64,000 bases of DNA, from positions 5,724 to 69,723 of the forward strand of contig JASHNV010000110.1 of assembly GCA_030041455.1 (NCBI GenBank), read 5' to 3'. Shown one piece after another: positions 1-10,156 of this stretch. Every line of letters begins with the position of its first letter. The stretch's first letter is position 1. The position numbers and the translations under genes are program-made. A model generated the notes under the pieces. It saw only the letters and a program-made list of their open reading frames with translations. It was not told the DNA's origin and searched no databases. The DNA is from Spirochaetia bacterium. Its GTDB lineage: Bacteria; Spirochaetota; Spirochaetia; DAHUYW01.

Positions 1-2772
1 GTTGTCGGGATCGAGCTCGATCGCCCGGTTCAGGTAGGAGAGCGCGATCGGAAACTGCGCCCTCACGTTGGTCCGCACGATGTCGAAGGCCTTCTGGTAG
101 AGCGCCTGCGCCTCCTGGATCTTCCGGGGGTCGGGCGGCGGTCGTCTCATCCCGGTCGCCGTCTCCGTCGCGACGATAGCCTCCTCGAGGCCCGGATAGC
201 TCGGGTCGATCGCCTCGAGGTCCTTCAGCGCGAGGTAGCCGGCCTGGGTGTCGGTCTTCAGCTCGCCGAGCGCCTCGCGGAACTTCGCCTGGAACTCCGC
301 GTCGAAGTTCGCCGGGTCGCTCAGCTTCAGGATCCGCAGCGCGAGCACCCGCGCGTCCTCGTTGAAGGGAAAGGGCACGCGCACGTAGTCGAGCTTCTGC
401 TCGGCGTCGCTGAACAGCGGCCGCGCGAGGTCGAGACGCCCCTCTGCGACGAGCCCAGCCGCCTTGTCGTAGTCGGCGTGGGCGAGATTCAGCACCTGGG
501 TCATCTCGCCGTAGAGGGGGTCGGTCGGAGGGATCACGCGGCCCGTGTTGATGGCGAGCGCCGTGTTCACGAATCCGAGCCACGTCGCGATCTCGGGGTC
601 GTCCTCGGTGTTCGTCAGTCTCCAGCGCGCCTGGGCGCGGGTCAGCGCCTCGCGCGCGCTCTGGTACTCGCCCTGGGCGTAGTACTGCTTGCCCTCGTTG
701 ATGGAGCGGCGGACCTCTTCGACGACGAGACTGTTCTCCGCGTCGGTGACGGACCGCGAGAGCTGCGAGAGAAAGACGTCCCGCTCCTGGCGGACGTCGG
801 GATTCTCCTCGAAGGAAAGCGAGCGGTCGAGCTCGCTCGCCGCCGTCGCGATCTCCTCGCGCGCGCTTACGAACTGGCTCTGCGCCATCGCCTCCTGGAT
901 TTCGCGCAGCGTATTCTCGCCGTCCTGCCGGTAGCGGCGCGCCTGGAAGACGCCCTGCTCGGCGGCGCCTGAGTCGGAGCGGATCCGCGCGTCGAGCGCT
1001 GCGGTATCGTCCTGGAGCTTCCGCGCCGCGGCGAGCGCGGCCTGCGTCGAGGTCGCCTCGACCACGCTCTCAGGCTCGGTGTCGATCCCGTCGACGGTCG
1101 TCTTGATCGCGCTCACGATCCCAGGCAGGCCCGCCGCGGCGCCGTTCAGGAGGTCGAGGCTCCGCGACGGGTATTTCGCCTGGATGGTCGTCTGATCCGG
1201 CGCCGAGCCGGTCGTGAAGGAGACGCCCGCGAGGAGCCCCTCGGCCTCGCCGACGCTCGCGTTCGCCTGCGAGAGCTCGCCTTGAAGGAGCGCGAGCCGC
1301 TCGGAGGACAGGCGCGCGACGACCTGAACCTCGATCGCCCCAGCCGCCGACTGCGCGGCGGCGAGGTCGGCGAGCATCGCGCCCGCGAGGGCGACGCTCT
1401 TCTCCACGCGGTAGCCCACGGAGGCAAACTGACCGAGCCGCTCGCTCGTCGCCCGCCACTGCGACACGAGCGCATCGAGCCGATCGGAGACGCCGTCGAT
1501 CGCGCTCTTGAGGACCGCGAAGCGGTCGATCGTCTGTGCCGCCCCGGCGCTCGGCGCCATCGCCTGGAGCCGCTCGTCGATCGCCGCGAGCGCGAGGGTC
1601 GAGTCGACGGCCTCCAAACGCGTCTGCGCCTGGAGGTAATCGGGGAGCGCGGCTCCGAGGCGGGCGATCTCCGCGTCGGATCTCGCGAAGGCGAGGTCTC
1701 CCGACAGACGCGGGTCCCAAAGGAGCGCGATGCGCTCGGCAAGCTGCGCCTCCTCGCGGCTCAGCTTCAGGCTCGCCGCGCTCCCGCCGTAATCCGCCGC
1801 GGCGAGCCTGGACTTTCCTTTCGCGAAGGAGTCGTCCATGAGGCTCGCGGCTTCCGCGAAGGCGCTTTCGAGCGTACGCGCCTCGAGGCCGTCGACCGCC
1901 GCGAGAACCCCTTCGGGCGGCTCGCTCCCTCCCCTTCCCCTCACGAGCTTCTCGAGGTAGGTGATGAGGTAGACGTCCTGAAGCGCGCTCCGCTGCATGA
2001 GGATCGCGCCCCGCGCCTGCACGAGCAGGTCGACGGTCGCGTCGACCGCGGCGCGCGCCGCCGCCATCTCGCTAAAGTCGCCCGAGACGAAGTCGACCGC
2101 GCTTGAAAGCGCGGAGAACGAGGCGCGCGCGGCGGCGAGGGAGCGGCTTGCGGCGTCGAAATCGGCCCGCAGCGCGAGGAGCGCCCGGGTCTTCGCCTTC
2201 AGCTGCGCCTGAAGGCCGAGCACCTGCCCGGAAGCGATGTTGCCGAGGTCGCTCGACTCGAAGAAGTTGGTCCCGAGGTCGTAGCCGGTCTCGTACAGCT
2301 CGATCGCGTCGTAGTATTTCCCCGCCTGCAGGAGCGCAAGCGCCTTCTCCATGATGTCGTGGAACTGGTCGTTATCGTAGACGACCGTCGCCGTCTCGCG
2401 GGCGTATGCCTGGGCGTCGACCGTCCGCTGGTTGGGCGCTTTGTCGAGCGCCTCGAGCTCGCGCAGGATGACGTAGGCGGCCTGGAGGTCGCCCTTGTTG
2501 AAGACCTTGATGAGCTCGGCGACCTTCTGATTGTAGACGTTGCGCGCGATCTCCACCTGCAGGAGGAGGGACTGCGCCTGGTCGAACCTCGAAGGGCTCC
2601 TCTTGATGATCTCGCTCAGCAGCAGGATGGCGTCGTTGTATTTTTTCTCGGAGATCAGGAGCTTCGCCTGGGCGAGCTGCGTCTCCCGTTGGCCGGAGGC
2701 GCAAGCGACGCCGCCGAGCGCAAGGAACACGACGAAAATCGGGAGGATTCGTAGCCTCGTTCTGATTGACAC
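1..2772 (-). CDS. Large TPR-repeat lipoprotein, partial (C-terminus runs off the window start)
   Basis: Minus-strand frame is open from a GTG at 2772 to position 1. N-terminus MSIRTRLRILPIFVVFLALGGVAC is a lipoprotein signal peptide with a lipobox. TPR-like repeats run throughout (…AIELDPDN at the window edge). GC3 is high. It is absent from the ORF track because no stop lies inside the window. Confidence 0.6.
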   Translation of the reverse strand, partial: MSIRTRLRILPIFVVFLALGGVACASGQRETQLAQAKLLISEKKYNDAILLLSEIIKRSPSRFDQAQSLLLQVEIARNVYNQKVAELIKVFNKGDLQAAYVILRELEALDKAPNQRTVDAQAYARETATVVYDNDQFHDIMEKALALLQAGKYYDAIELYETGYDLGTNFFESSDLGNIASGQVLGLQAQLKAKTRALLALRADFDAASRSLAAARASFSALSSAVDFVSGDFSEMAAARAAVDATVDLLVQARGAILMQRSALQDVYLITYLEKLVRGRGGSEPPEGVLAAVDGLEARTLESAFAEAASLMDDSFAKGKSRLAAADYGGSAASLKLSREEAQLAERIALLWDPRLSGDLAFARSDAEIARLGAALPDYLQAQTRLEAVDSTLALAAIDERLQAMAPSAGAAQTIDRFAVLKSAIDGVSDRLDALVSQWRATSERLGQFASVGYRVEKSVALAGAMLADLAAAQSAAGAIEVQVVARLSSERLALLQGELSQANASVGEAEGLLAGVSFTTGSAPDQTTIQAKYPSRSLDLLNGAAAGLPGIVSAIKTTVDGIDTEPESVVEATSTQAALAAARKLQDDTAALDARIRSDSGAAEQGVFQARRYRQDGENTLREIQEAMAQSQFVSAREEIATAASELDRSLSFEENPDVRQERDVFLSQLSRSVTDAENSLVVEEVRRSINEGKQYYAQGEYQSAREALTRAQARWRLTNTEDDPEIATWLGFVNTALAINTGRVIPPTDPLYGEMTQVLNLAHADYDKAAGLVAEGRLDLARPLFSDAEQKLDYVRVPFPFNEDARVLALRILKLSDPANFDAEFQAKFREALGELKTDTQAGYLALKDLEAIDPSYPGLEEAIVATETATGMRRPPPDPRKIQEAQALYQKAFDIVRTNVRAQFPIALSYLNRAIELDPDN

Positions 2773-2926
2773 ACCTCTCGCCTTCGGCCAAATGTATCAT
2801 ATTATCGACAGGAACGTCTCGGCCGGGTAGTATGGCGGCATCCTGGTAACTGTCGATGCAGGCGAAAGTTATCAAGATATTGGCTGGAAGTTCAGACACT
2901 GTTACCATAGAGATTCGAGCACCGAG

Positions 2927-4159
2927 ATGAGGAAGCTGTCTCTCCTAGGAGCCCTGATCCTTTCGCCCCTCGCGCTGTGGGGTCAGAGCTTCTCAGACAT
3001 CTATAACGAAGCCTCGAACCTCCTCTCCGGGCCCTTCTTCGACCCGAACACCGGCCTCACCGCCTTCCCCTCGCTCCTGATCCCCTCCGGCGGGCTCTAC
3101 GAAGGCATGGGAACCGCCTTCACCGCGGTCGCGAGCGACGCGAGCTACATCGAGGCGAACCCCGCCGCGAGCGCCACGCTCGTGAAGAGCGAGCTCTCGG
3201 TGCTCCACAACAGCTGGATCGCCGACTCAAGCCTCGAAAGCGTGGAATACACCAACCGCTACAAGGACCTCGGCTACGGCTTCGCCGGCAAGTTCCTCTA
3301 TCTCCCGTTTACCGCGTACGACGAATGGGGCGACCAGGTCTCGAAGGGCTACTACTCCGAGGCGATCGCGACCGTGAACGTCTCCTATAACTTCTTCTCA
3401 AGCTACTACTTCTACGGCCTCGCGCTCGGAGCGAACATCAAGGGCGCCTACCGCAACGTGCCGAGCTCGATCTACCCCGGCCAGTCCGCCGGCACGGCGA
3501 TGATCGACCTCGGCGCCCTCACGAGGTTCAATCTCTTCAAGACCTACGCCTCGACCGACAAGAACTTCTCGGTCGGCGCGGCGGTGAAGAACCTCGGCTT
3601 CTACGTCGAGGGGGAGCCGCTGCCGACCGAGGCGAGCTTCGGACTCGCCTACAAGCCGATCCGGCCCCTGCTCGTCTCGACGGACTTCAACTATCCGTTC
3701 AGCCTCGAGCCGAGCCTCTACCCCGCCGAGCTCTGGAACATCGCGACCGGGATGGACCTCTCCCTCACCGATTTCTTCGCGGTCCAGAGCGGCTTCAGCT
3801 ACGCCGGGGACGACCCGCGGATCACGATCGGGAGCACCGTGGCGCTGAAGACCATGACCCTCGACCTCAACTACACCCTCGACCTGGCGACTCAGTTCGG
3901 GACCGACGAGCGCTTCAGCGTGGCGGCGAACATCAACCTCGGAGACTCAGGCCGCGCCGAGATCGAGCGGGAGGTCGAGGATTACTACGCCGAGGGGCTT
4001 GAGGCCTACGCGAAGGGAGACTACGCGAGCGCGCTCAGCTTCTGGGAGCAGGCGCTGAAGCTCGACCCCACCTTCCAGCCCGCCGCGCAGTACGAGCAGA
4101 CGGTGAAGACCGCCATGGGCCTTGAGAAAGCGATGGAGAACGTCCGGAAGGTCGAGTAG
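2927..4159 (+). CDS. Secreted putative outer-membrane beta-barrel protein (spirochaete UPF0164/FadL-like) with C-terminal TPR-like motif
   Basis: 410 aa with N-terminal signal peptide (MRKLSLLGALILSPLALWGQ). The body is beta-rich and aromatic-rich. The C-terminal ~70 aa are TPR-like (YAEGLEAYAKGDYASALSFWEQALKLDP). A TAGTATGGCGG promoter-like motif lies upstream at ~2826. Confidence 0.55.
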   Translation: MRKLSLLGALILSPLALWGQSFSDIYNEASNLLSGPFFDPNTGLTAFPSLLIPSGGLYEGMGTAFTAVASDASYIEANPAASATLVKSELSVLHNSWIADSSLESVEYTNRYKDLGYGFAGKFLYLPFTAYDEWGDQVSKGYYSEAIATVNVSYNFFSSYYFYGLALGANIKGAYRNVPSSIYPGQSAGTAMIDLGALTRFNLFKTYASTDKNFSVGAAVKNLGFYVEGEPLPTEASFGLAYKPIRPLLVSTDFNYPFSLEPSLYPAELWNIATGMDLSLTDFFAVQSGFSYAGDDPRITIGSTVALKTMTLDLNYTLDLATQFGTDERFSVAANINLGDSGRAEIEREVEDYYAEGLEAYAKGDYASALSFWEQALKLDPTFQPAAQYEQTVKTAMGLEKAMENVRKVE

Positions 4160-4169
4160 GGCCGGGACC

Positions 4170-5018
4170 CTACTTCACCGCCTTGAGGCTCCGCCTCATC
4201 TGGCGGTACAGGACGAACAGCGAGAGGTCCACCTTTTTCGCCTCGGCCCACTTCGTGAGGTTCTCGACGATCCGCGTCGCGGCGGGGGTCTCCGAGCCGA
4301 CCCGCGACAGGAGCCGCTCCTGGCGCTTGATCTCGCGGTCGCTGAAGCGGGGCTCGAGGTAGCTGATGAGCTTCATCGCCTCCGGCTCCTTGTCGACGCT
4401 GAAGGGGGTGTCCGAAAGACCCATGATGCTCCTCAGGATCTGGGTGGGCGTGTCCGAGTCGCCGCGCTCGAGCGCCTGCTCGACCTCGAGCACGAAGGGG
4501 TCCTCCTGAAAGTAGATCTTGTCGATCTTCTCGCGAAGCGCTTGGGTCTTTCGGACGATGACCTCGGTGCGGACGTCCACCCTCGTGAGGAGGAGGTAGG
4601 CGCCGAGCGCGACCGCGACGCTCGCGCCGACCTCGTAGACCGCGCGAAGCTGGCTGTGAAAGCCGAAGGCGAGGATGAGGTAGGCGGCTACCAGGACGCT
4701 CAGGCAGATCATGAGGCGCGGCAGGATGCGGACCTCCGCCGCCCAGTGGCGAACCGCTGCGTCGATCATGCGATAGAGGTCGTTGCGGAAGAGGGTGAAG
4801 GACTCGACGCGGGGCTCCCTGCCGTAGCGGCCTTCGATGTCGGTCGATTTGATCGCTTCGAGGAACCTTTCCAGGTTGTCGAACGGATGGAGGAACAAAG
4901 CAGAACCATCTTTCCGGTACAGATGGAAGATTGTTACTGTATCCTTACTCTTCTCATCCATGATCACAAAAAACATAACGCTCAAATTCCGATCTGTCAA
5001 GGAGGACAAGCGCCTCAA
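4170..5018 (-). CDS. Membrane protein of unknown function (2 predicted TM helices)
   Basis: 282-aa ORF with two hydrophobic helices (LMICLSVLVAAYLILAFGF and ASVAVALGAYLLLT). The start is ambiguous: TTG at 5018, or ATGs ~4979 and ~4958. The 5' end has atypically low GC. It is convergent with the preceding gene, with a possible shared hairpin at 4156-4175. Confidence 0.45.
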   Translation of the reverse strand: MRRLSSLTDRNLSVMFFVIMDEKSKDTVTIFHLYRKDGSALFLHPFDNLERFLEAIKSTDIEGRYGREPRVESFTLFRNDLYRMIDAAVRHWAAEVRILPRLMICLSVLVAAYLILAFGFHSQLRAVYEVGASVAVALGAYLLLTRVDVRTEVIVRKTQALREKIDKIYFQEDPFVLEVEQALERGDSDTPTQILRSIMGLSDTPFSVDKEPEAMKLISYLEPRFSDREIKRQERLLSRVGSETPAATRIVENLTKWAEAKKVDLSLFVLYRQMRRSLKAVK

Positions 5019-5207
5019 GCCGGGCGCCCCGCCGCGAAGTCGCGCGCGGAAGGCGCTCGAAGGCGCCCCGCCGCGGGCCCTTCCGGCTACCTAACATCCG
5101 TATAGCATCTCCCCGGCCGGTTCGGGGAGCGGCCCGCCCGCACTTGTCCATCGCCCTCCGATCATGCATAGTTGCGGGAGGCAGGCGAGCACGCAGGAGA
5201 GCACAGC

Positions 5208-6527
5208 ATGAGCGGCCTTATCGAGCCGAAAGTCCTCAAGGGCTTCCGGGATTTCCTTCCGGAGCAGGAGCGCGAGCGCGCGGCGATCGAGCGCGCGCTC
5301 ACGCGCGCTTTCGAGAGCCACGGCTTCGCGCCGATCGACACCCCCGCGATCGAGTACGCGGAGGTCCTGCTCGGCAAGGGCGGCGGCGAGACCGACAAGC
5401 AGGTCTACCGGTTCCTAGATCACGGCGGCCGGGACGTGGCGCTCCGATTCGACCTCACGGTGCCCTTCGCGCGCTTCATGGCGGCGCACGCCGAGGAGCT
5501 CTACCTCCCGTTCAAACGCTACCACATCGCGAAGGTCTGGCGGGGCGAGAACACCCAGCGCGGGCGCTACCGGGAGTTCACGCAGTGCGACTTCGACGTC
5601 GTCGGAGTCGACTCGCCGTCCGCCGACTTCGAGATCCTCCTCGCGATGCACGCCTCCTTCGCCGCGCTCGGCTTCGAGCGGATCACGATCCGCCTCTCGC
5701 ACCGCGGCGTGCTCAACCGCTTCCTCGACCGCATCGGCGCCGGGGGGGCGTCGGCGGACGTCCTTCGCGCGATCGACAAGATCGGAAAGATCGGGGCGGA
5801 GGAGGTCGCGGGCATCCTGCGCCCGATCGTCGGCGAGCGCGAGGCCGCCGAGATCCTCGATTTCATCGAGCCGGACGGCGACTTCGAATCGACGCTCGCG
5901 AAGATGACGCGCCTCGCGGGCGGCGAGGCGGAGGACACGGCCCGGCTTTCGGAGCTGAGGCGGCTCATCGCCGCTCTCGGTCTCGAGGATCGCTTCGCGC
6001 TCGACCCCTCGATTACGCGCGGCCTCGATTACTACACCGGCATCGTCTGCGAGACGTTCCTCACCGAGCTGCCCGAGATCGGCTCGGTCTGCTCGGGAGG
6101 CAGGTACAACAGCCTCGCCTCGCTCTACACGAAACGGGAGCTCCCCGGCGTCGGCGCCTCGGTCGGTCTCGATCGGCTCGTCGCCGCGTTCGCCGAGCTC
6201 AACGTGAAGGTCGACGCGGCCTCGGGGACGGAGGTGCTCGTGTTCAACCTCGACGATTCGCTCGGCGCGTACTACCACCGCGTCGCGAGGAGCCTGCGCG
6301 AGGCGGGGCTCTCCTGCGAGGTCTACCCCGAGCGGAAGAAGCTCGCCGCGCAGTTCGCCTTCGCCGAGAAGAAGGGAACTCCCGTCGCCGTGATCTGCGG
6401 CGAAGAGGAGGCGGCAAGCGACACGGTCACGGTCAAGGATCTTCGCGGGCGGAGGAGCTCCGAGCGCCTGACGCTTCAGGCGGGGATCGAGCACATCAAG
6501 CGCGTGCTCGACCGGCTCTCGCCATGA
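5208..6527 (+). CDS. hisS: Histidyl-tRNA synthetase
   Basis: Class II aaRS motifs are present (…RFDLTVPFARF…, …GGRYNSL…, C-terminal anticodon-binding domain). Start is chosen at MSGLIEP, with AGGAG 8 nt upstream. The in-frame ATG at 5172 lacks an SD. Confidence 0.9.
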   Translation: MSGLIEPKVLKGFRDFLPEQERERAAIERALTRAFESHGFAPIDTPAIEYAEVLLGKGGGETDKQVYRFLDHGGRDVALRFDLTVPFARFMAAHAEELYLPFKRYHIAKVWRGENTQRGRYREFTQCDFDVVGVDSPSADFEILLAMHASFAALGFERITIRLSHRGVLNRFLDRIGAGGASADVLRAIDKIGKIGAEEVAGILRPIVGEREAAEILDFIEPDGDFESTLAKMTRLAGGEAEDTARLSELRRLIAALGLEDRFALDPSITRGLDYYTGIVCETFLTELPEIGSVCSGGRYNSLASLYTKRELPGVGASVGLDRLVAAFAELNVKVDAASGTEVLVFNLDDSLGAYYHRVARSLREAGLSCEVYPERKKLAAQFAFAEKKGTPVAVICGEEEAASDTVTVKDLRGRRSSERLTLQAGIEHIKRVLDRLSP

Positions 6528-9025
6528 AACCGCACGAGCTCCCGGTCTACCGCCAAAAGGACAAGATCCTCGAGGCGCTCGCGGGAAACCAGGTCGTCGT
6601 CGTCGAGAGCCCGACCGGCTCGGGCAAGACCACGCAGCTTCCCCTCATCCTCCACGAGGCCGGCTACTCCCGCACGGGCATGATCGGGGTGACGCAGCCG
6701 CGGCGCATCGCGGCGGTCTCGGTGTGCGAGTACATCGCCGAACAGCTCGACGTGACGGTGCCGGGAGTCGTCGGCTACAAGATGCGCTTCGAGGACCGGA
6801 CGGATTTCACGACGCGCATCAAGATCATGACCGACGGCATCCTGCTGCAGGAGATCAAGGCCGACCGCGACCTCTCGCGCTACAACGTCGTCATGGTCGA
6901 CGAGGCGCACGAGCGAAGCCTCAACATCGACTTCATCCTCGGGCTCCTGAAGGCGGTGCTCCAGAAGCGCTCCGACTTCAAGGTGATCATCTCCTCGGCG
7001 ACGATCAACGCCGAGGTCTTCTCCGAGTACTTCGACGAGTGTCCCGTCGTGCGCATCGACGCGGAGGCGTTCCCGGTTCAAGTCGTCTACGACGTGCCGA
7101 AGGTCGACGAGCGGAACGAGGATTGGCTGCTCCAAAAGATCGAGCAGATCGTGGGTCGCTTCGTCGACGAGAAACGCGACGGCGACATCCTCGTCTTTCT
7201 CTCGGGCGAGCAGCCGATCAAGGACTGCATAAGCCTCCTTTCCGCCGCGCCCTACGCGCGCAAGCTCCAGCTCGTGCCGCTCTACGGGCGCTTGGGCAAG
7301 GAGGAGCAGGAATCGGTCTTCCTGCCGACGCCTCGGGGAAAGACCAAGGTGGCCGTCGCGACGAACATCGCCGAGACGAGCGTGACGATCGACGGCATCA
7401 CCGCGGTCATCGACTCGGGGCTCGCGAAGATCAACCACTACAACCCGAGGACCTTCACCTCCTCGCTCGTCGAAACGCCGATCTCCAAGGCCTCCTGCAA
7501 CCAGCGCAGGGGGCGCGCCGGGCGGACGAGGCCGGGAACCTGCTACCGGCTGTACTCGAAAAGCGACTACGAGAGCCGCCCGCTCTTCGCGGCGGAGGAG
7601 ATCTATCGCACGGACCTCTCGGAGGTGGTCCTGCGGATGGCGGAGATCGGGATCACCGACTTCGAGTCCTTCGACTTCATCTCGCCGCCCGCCCGCAAGG
7701 GGATCAGCGGCGCGGTGGAGACCCTGCGTCTCCTCGACGCGCTCGACGACGACAACGGGCTCTCGGAGACCGGCAAGCGCATGGCCGAGTTCCCGCTCCT
7801 GCCGCGCCACTCCCGGATGATCGTCGAGGCGATCCTCCGCTACCCCGACGTCATCGAGGAGACGATCACCGCCGCGGCGTTCCTCTCCACCAACTCGCCG
7901 TTCCTCCTCCCGCCCGGCGAGGAGCTCGAGGCGCGCCAGGCGCACCACGCCTTTCAGGACCAGGCGGGCGACTTCGTCTCCTACCTCAAGCTGCTCGCCG
8001 CCTATCGCGACGCGAAGAATCGGGAGAAGTTCTGCGAGACCTTCTACCTCGATCCGAGGACGATGGCGGAGCTCGCGAACGTCAAGGTCCAGCTCGAGGA
8101 GATCGCGGCGGGCATGGGCGTGCCGATCCTCTCCGGGGGCTCGATCGCCGACTACCTCTGCGCGGTCGCTCGCGGTCTCATCCAGTTCGTGTGCGCAAGC
8201 ACGGGAAACGGCGTGTACCGCAGCCTCACCGCCGACCAGGTTCACATCCACCCCGGCTCGGTCATGTTTCGCGAGAGTCCGCGCTACATCGTCGCGGGCG
8301 AGATCGTGCGCACGAGCCGCGTGTTCGCCCGCTCCGTCTCGCCCCTCGAGAAGGCGTGGCTCCCGAGAATCTCCGCCGAGCTCGTGGCCGGCCTCGCCGC
8401 GCCGCCCCCGCGCGAAGAGGCGCGCGCGGTCCGCCCCCGCGCGAAGAGCGCCGAAAAGAAACGGGACACGACCTCTCAGGTGACGATCGGCGCTCAGACC
8501 TTCCAGCTCGTGCCGTTCAAGGGCAAAAAGAAGATCGCGATCCTTCCCTGGGAGCGGCTGCGCCCCGCGCTCTCCGACTACGACGCCGCGAGCGCCCAGC
8601 GCTTCCAGGGCCTTCGCGGGAGGATCACCTACCAGGGAAGCGACCTGCTTTCAGGCGAGCGGCTCACGACGATCCTCAAGGTCGCGCCGCAGATCGACCC
8701 GGATCGCGCCTCAGACCACGCCGAGCTCAAAGGAAGGACCTTCAACGCCGCGGAGGAGCTCGGCGAGCTCTGCGGGAGGCTCCGCGAGATCCTCTCGCTC
8801 TGCACGGGGACGAAGAAGGACCGCTCCCTCGGCTTCCTCGCGCTTCACACCGAAGGGCGAGGCGTCTACTGGTTTCGCTGCTCGAGGAGCTTCACGAACG
8901 CGGTCTCGGCGAGCCTTTCGAGCCTCGAGTCGCTTGCAGAGGGGATCGACCGAGGAACGGGCCGCGATCACCTCCAGCAGGTGAACGCCGCCTACCACCG
9001 CTTGACCGATCTCCTCGACACCTAG
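6524..9025 (+). CDS. hrpA: ATP-dependent DEAH-box helicase, HrpA/HrpB family
   Basis: N-terminus MKPHELPVYRQKDKILEAL. Walker A is SPTGSGKTTQLP, followed by DEAHER, the SAT motif and QRRGRAGR. Start overlaps the hisS stop in an ATGA arrangement. The track's 1293-aa ORF is this frame reading open backwards through hisS. Confidence 0.85.
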   Translation: MKPHELPVYRQKDKILEALAGNQVVVVESPTGSGKTTQLPLILHEAGYSRTGMIGVTQPRRIAAVSVCEYIAEQLDVTVPGVVGYKMRFEDRTDFTTRIKIMTDGILLQEIKADRDLSRYNVVMVDEAHERSLNIDFILGLLKAVLQKRSDFKVIISSATINAEVFSEYFDECPVVRIDAEAFPVQVVYDVPKVDERNEDWLLQKIEQIVGRFVDEKRDGDILVFLSGEQPIKDCISLLSAAPYARKLQLVPLYGRLGKEEQESVFLPTPRGKTKVAVATNIAETSVTIDGITAVIDSGLAKINHYNPRTFTSSLVETPISKASCNQRRGRAGRTRPGTCYRLYSKSDYESRPLFAAEEIYRTDLSEVVLRMAEIGITDFESFDFISPPARKGISGAVETLRLLDALDDDNGLSETGKRMAEFPLLPRHSRMIVEAILRYPDVIEETITAAAFLSTNSPFLLPPGEELEARQAHHAFQDQAGDFVSYLKLLAAYRDAKNREKFCETFYLDPRTMAELANVKVQLEEIAAGMGVPILSGGSIADYLCAVARGLIQFVCASTGNGVYRSLTADQVHIHPGSVMFRESPRYIVAGEIVRTSRVFARSVSPLEKAWLPRISAELVAGLAAPPPREEARAVRPRAKSAEKKRDTTSQVTIGAQTFQLVPFKGKKKIAILPWERLRPALSDYDAASAQRFQGLRGRITYQGSDLLSGERLTTILKVAPQIDPDRASDHAELKGRTFNAAEELGELCGRLREILSLCTGTKKDRSLGFLALHTEGRGVYWFRCSRSFTNAVSASLSSLESLAEGIDRGTGRDHLQQVNAAYHRLTDLLDT

Positions 9026-10102
9026 GGGCGCGAGGGGCCGCCCGCCTCCGCGCATTCGCCGAGCGCGCGACGGACGACGTCGTCGTCCGCCTCCGAGAGC
9101 AGCGTCTCGCCCCAGCGCCGCTGGAGGACGAAGCGCACCGACCCTCCGCGCCGCTTCTTGTCCGCCTTCATCGCCCGAAGGAGAGGCTCGACGAGCCGCT
9201 CCTCCAGGCCGAGGCGGTAGCCGTAGGCGAGGAGGAGCTCCCGCACCTCCTCCTCGTAGCCGGGGTCGGTGAGGCCGAGGAGCCTTCCGGTCCGAAGCGC
9301 CTTGTCGATGCCCCACGCGACCGCCTCCCCGTGCGTCCAGTCCGCGAAGCCCGACACCGACTCGAGCGCGTGGGCGAAGGTGTGGCCGAAGTTCAGGTGG
9401 GACCGGATGCCGCTCTCCCGGAAGTCGGCCGCGACGTAGCCGCCCTTGACGTCGAGGGAGCGCGCCACGACCCCCGCGAGGAGCCCCGCGTCCCGGCGGA
9501 GGAGGTCGGCCCTGCGCTCGCGGAGCAGGGACAGGAGGTCGCCCCGGGAGAGGAGCGCGTGCTTGATCGCCTCGGCGAGGCCGCTCACGAGCTCGCGCTC
9601 GGGGAGCGTGGCGAGGAGCTCCGTCGCGATGCGGACCTCGGAGGCCGGGTGGAACGTGCCGACCATGTTCTTGTAGCCGCCGAAGTCGATCCCGGTCTTG
9701 CCGCCGAGGGAGGCGTCTATCATGGAAAGAAGCGTCGTGGGAACGAGGATCGCGCGCACCCCGCGCAGGTAGATCGAGGCGGCAAACGCGGCGGTGTCGC
9801 AGACGACCCCGCCGCCGCACGCGACGAGCGTCGCCTCCCGCCCGAGGCGCGCCTCGAGCGCCGCCTCGAGGATGCGCTCGACGCTCGGCCAGCTCTTATG
9901 GGCCTCCCCCGCGCGGAGGACCACCGGCGGCCTGGAAGCGGCCGCGAGGCCCGCTCCGAAGAGCTCGAAGGTGTGCTCGTCGAACACGACGAGCGACTCG
10001 ACGGGCAGCGCGCCGAGGAGCCCCGAGCGCGGGAGGAAGCGCACGCGGGTCAGCACGGCTCCGATCGGGTAGTCGCGGTCGGTCAAAACGGCGCCGTCCA
10101 TG
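9022..10102 (-). CDS. aroB: 3-dehydroquinate synthase
   Basis: DHQS motifs are present (GGGVVCDTAAFAASIYLRGV, LVPTTLLSMIDASLGGKTG). Start is taken at MDGAVLTD (GGAGG 4 nt upstream); the longer ORF to 10224 would overlap the divergent gene. Its stop shares a CCTAGG palindrome with the hrpA stop. Confidence 0.85.
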
Positions 10103-10156
10103 GCACCTCCAGGGTACACTATAGCCTTTTTCCGGCCGGGCTGGTAGTATGGCGCT

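Noticed and set aside
5144-9025. 1293-aa ORF spanning hisS and the helicase
   Set aside because: It is the helicase frame staying open backwards through the hisS region (Arg-rich shadow translation). Homology places the true helicase start at 6524 (MKPHELPVY…), overlapping the hisS stop.
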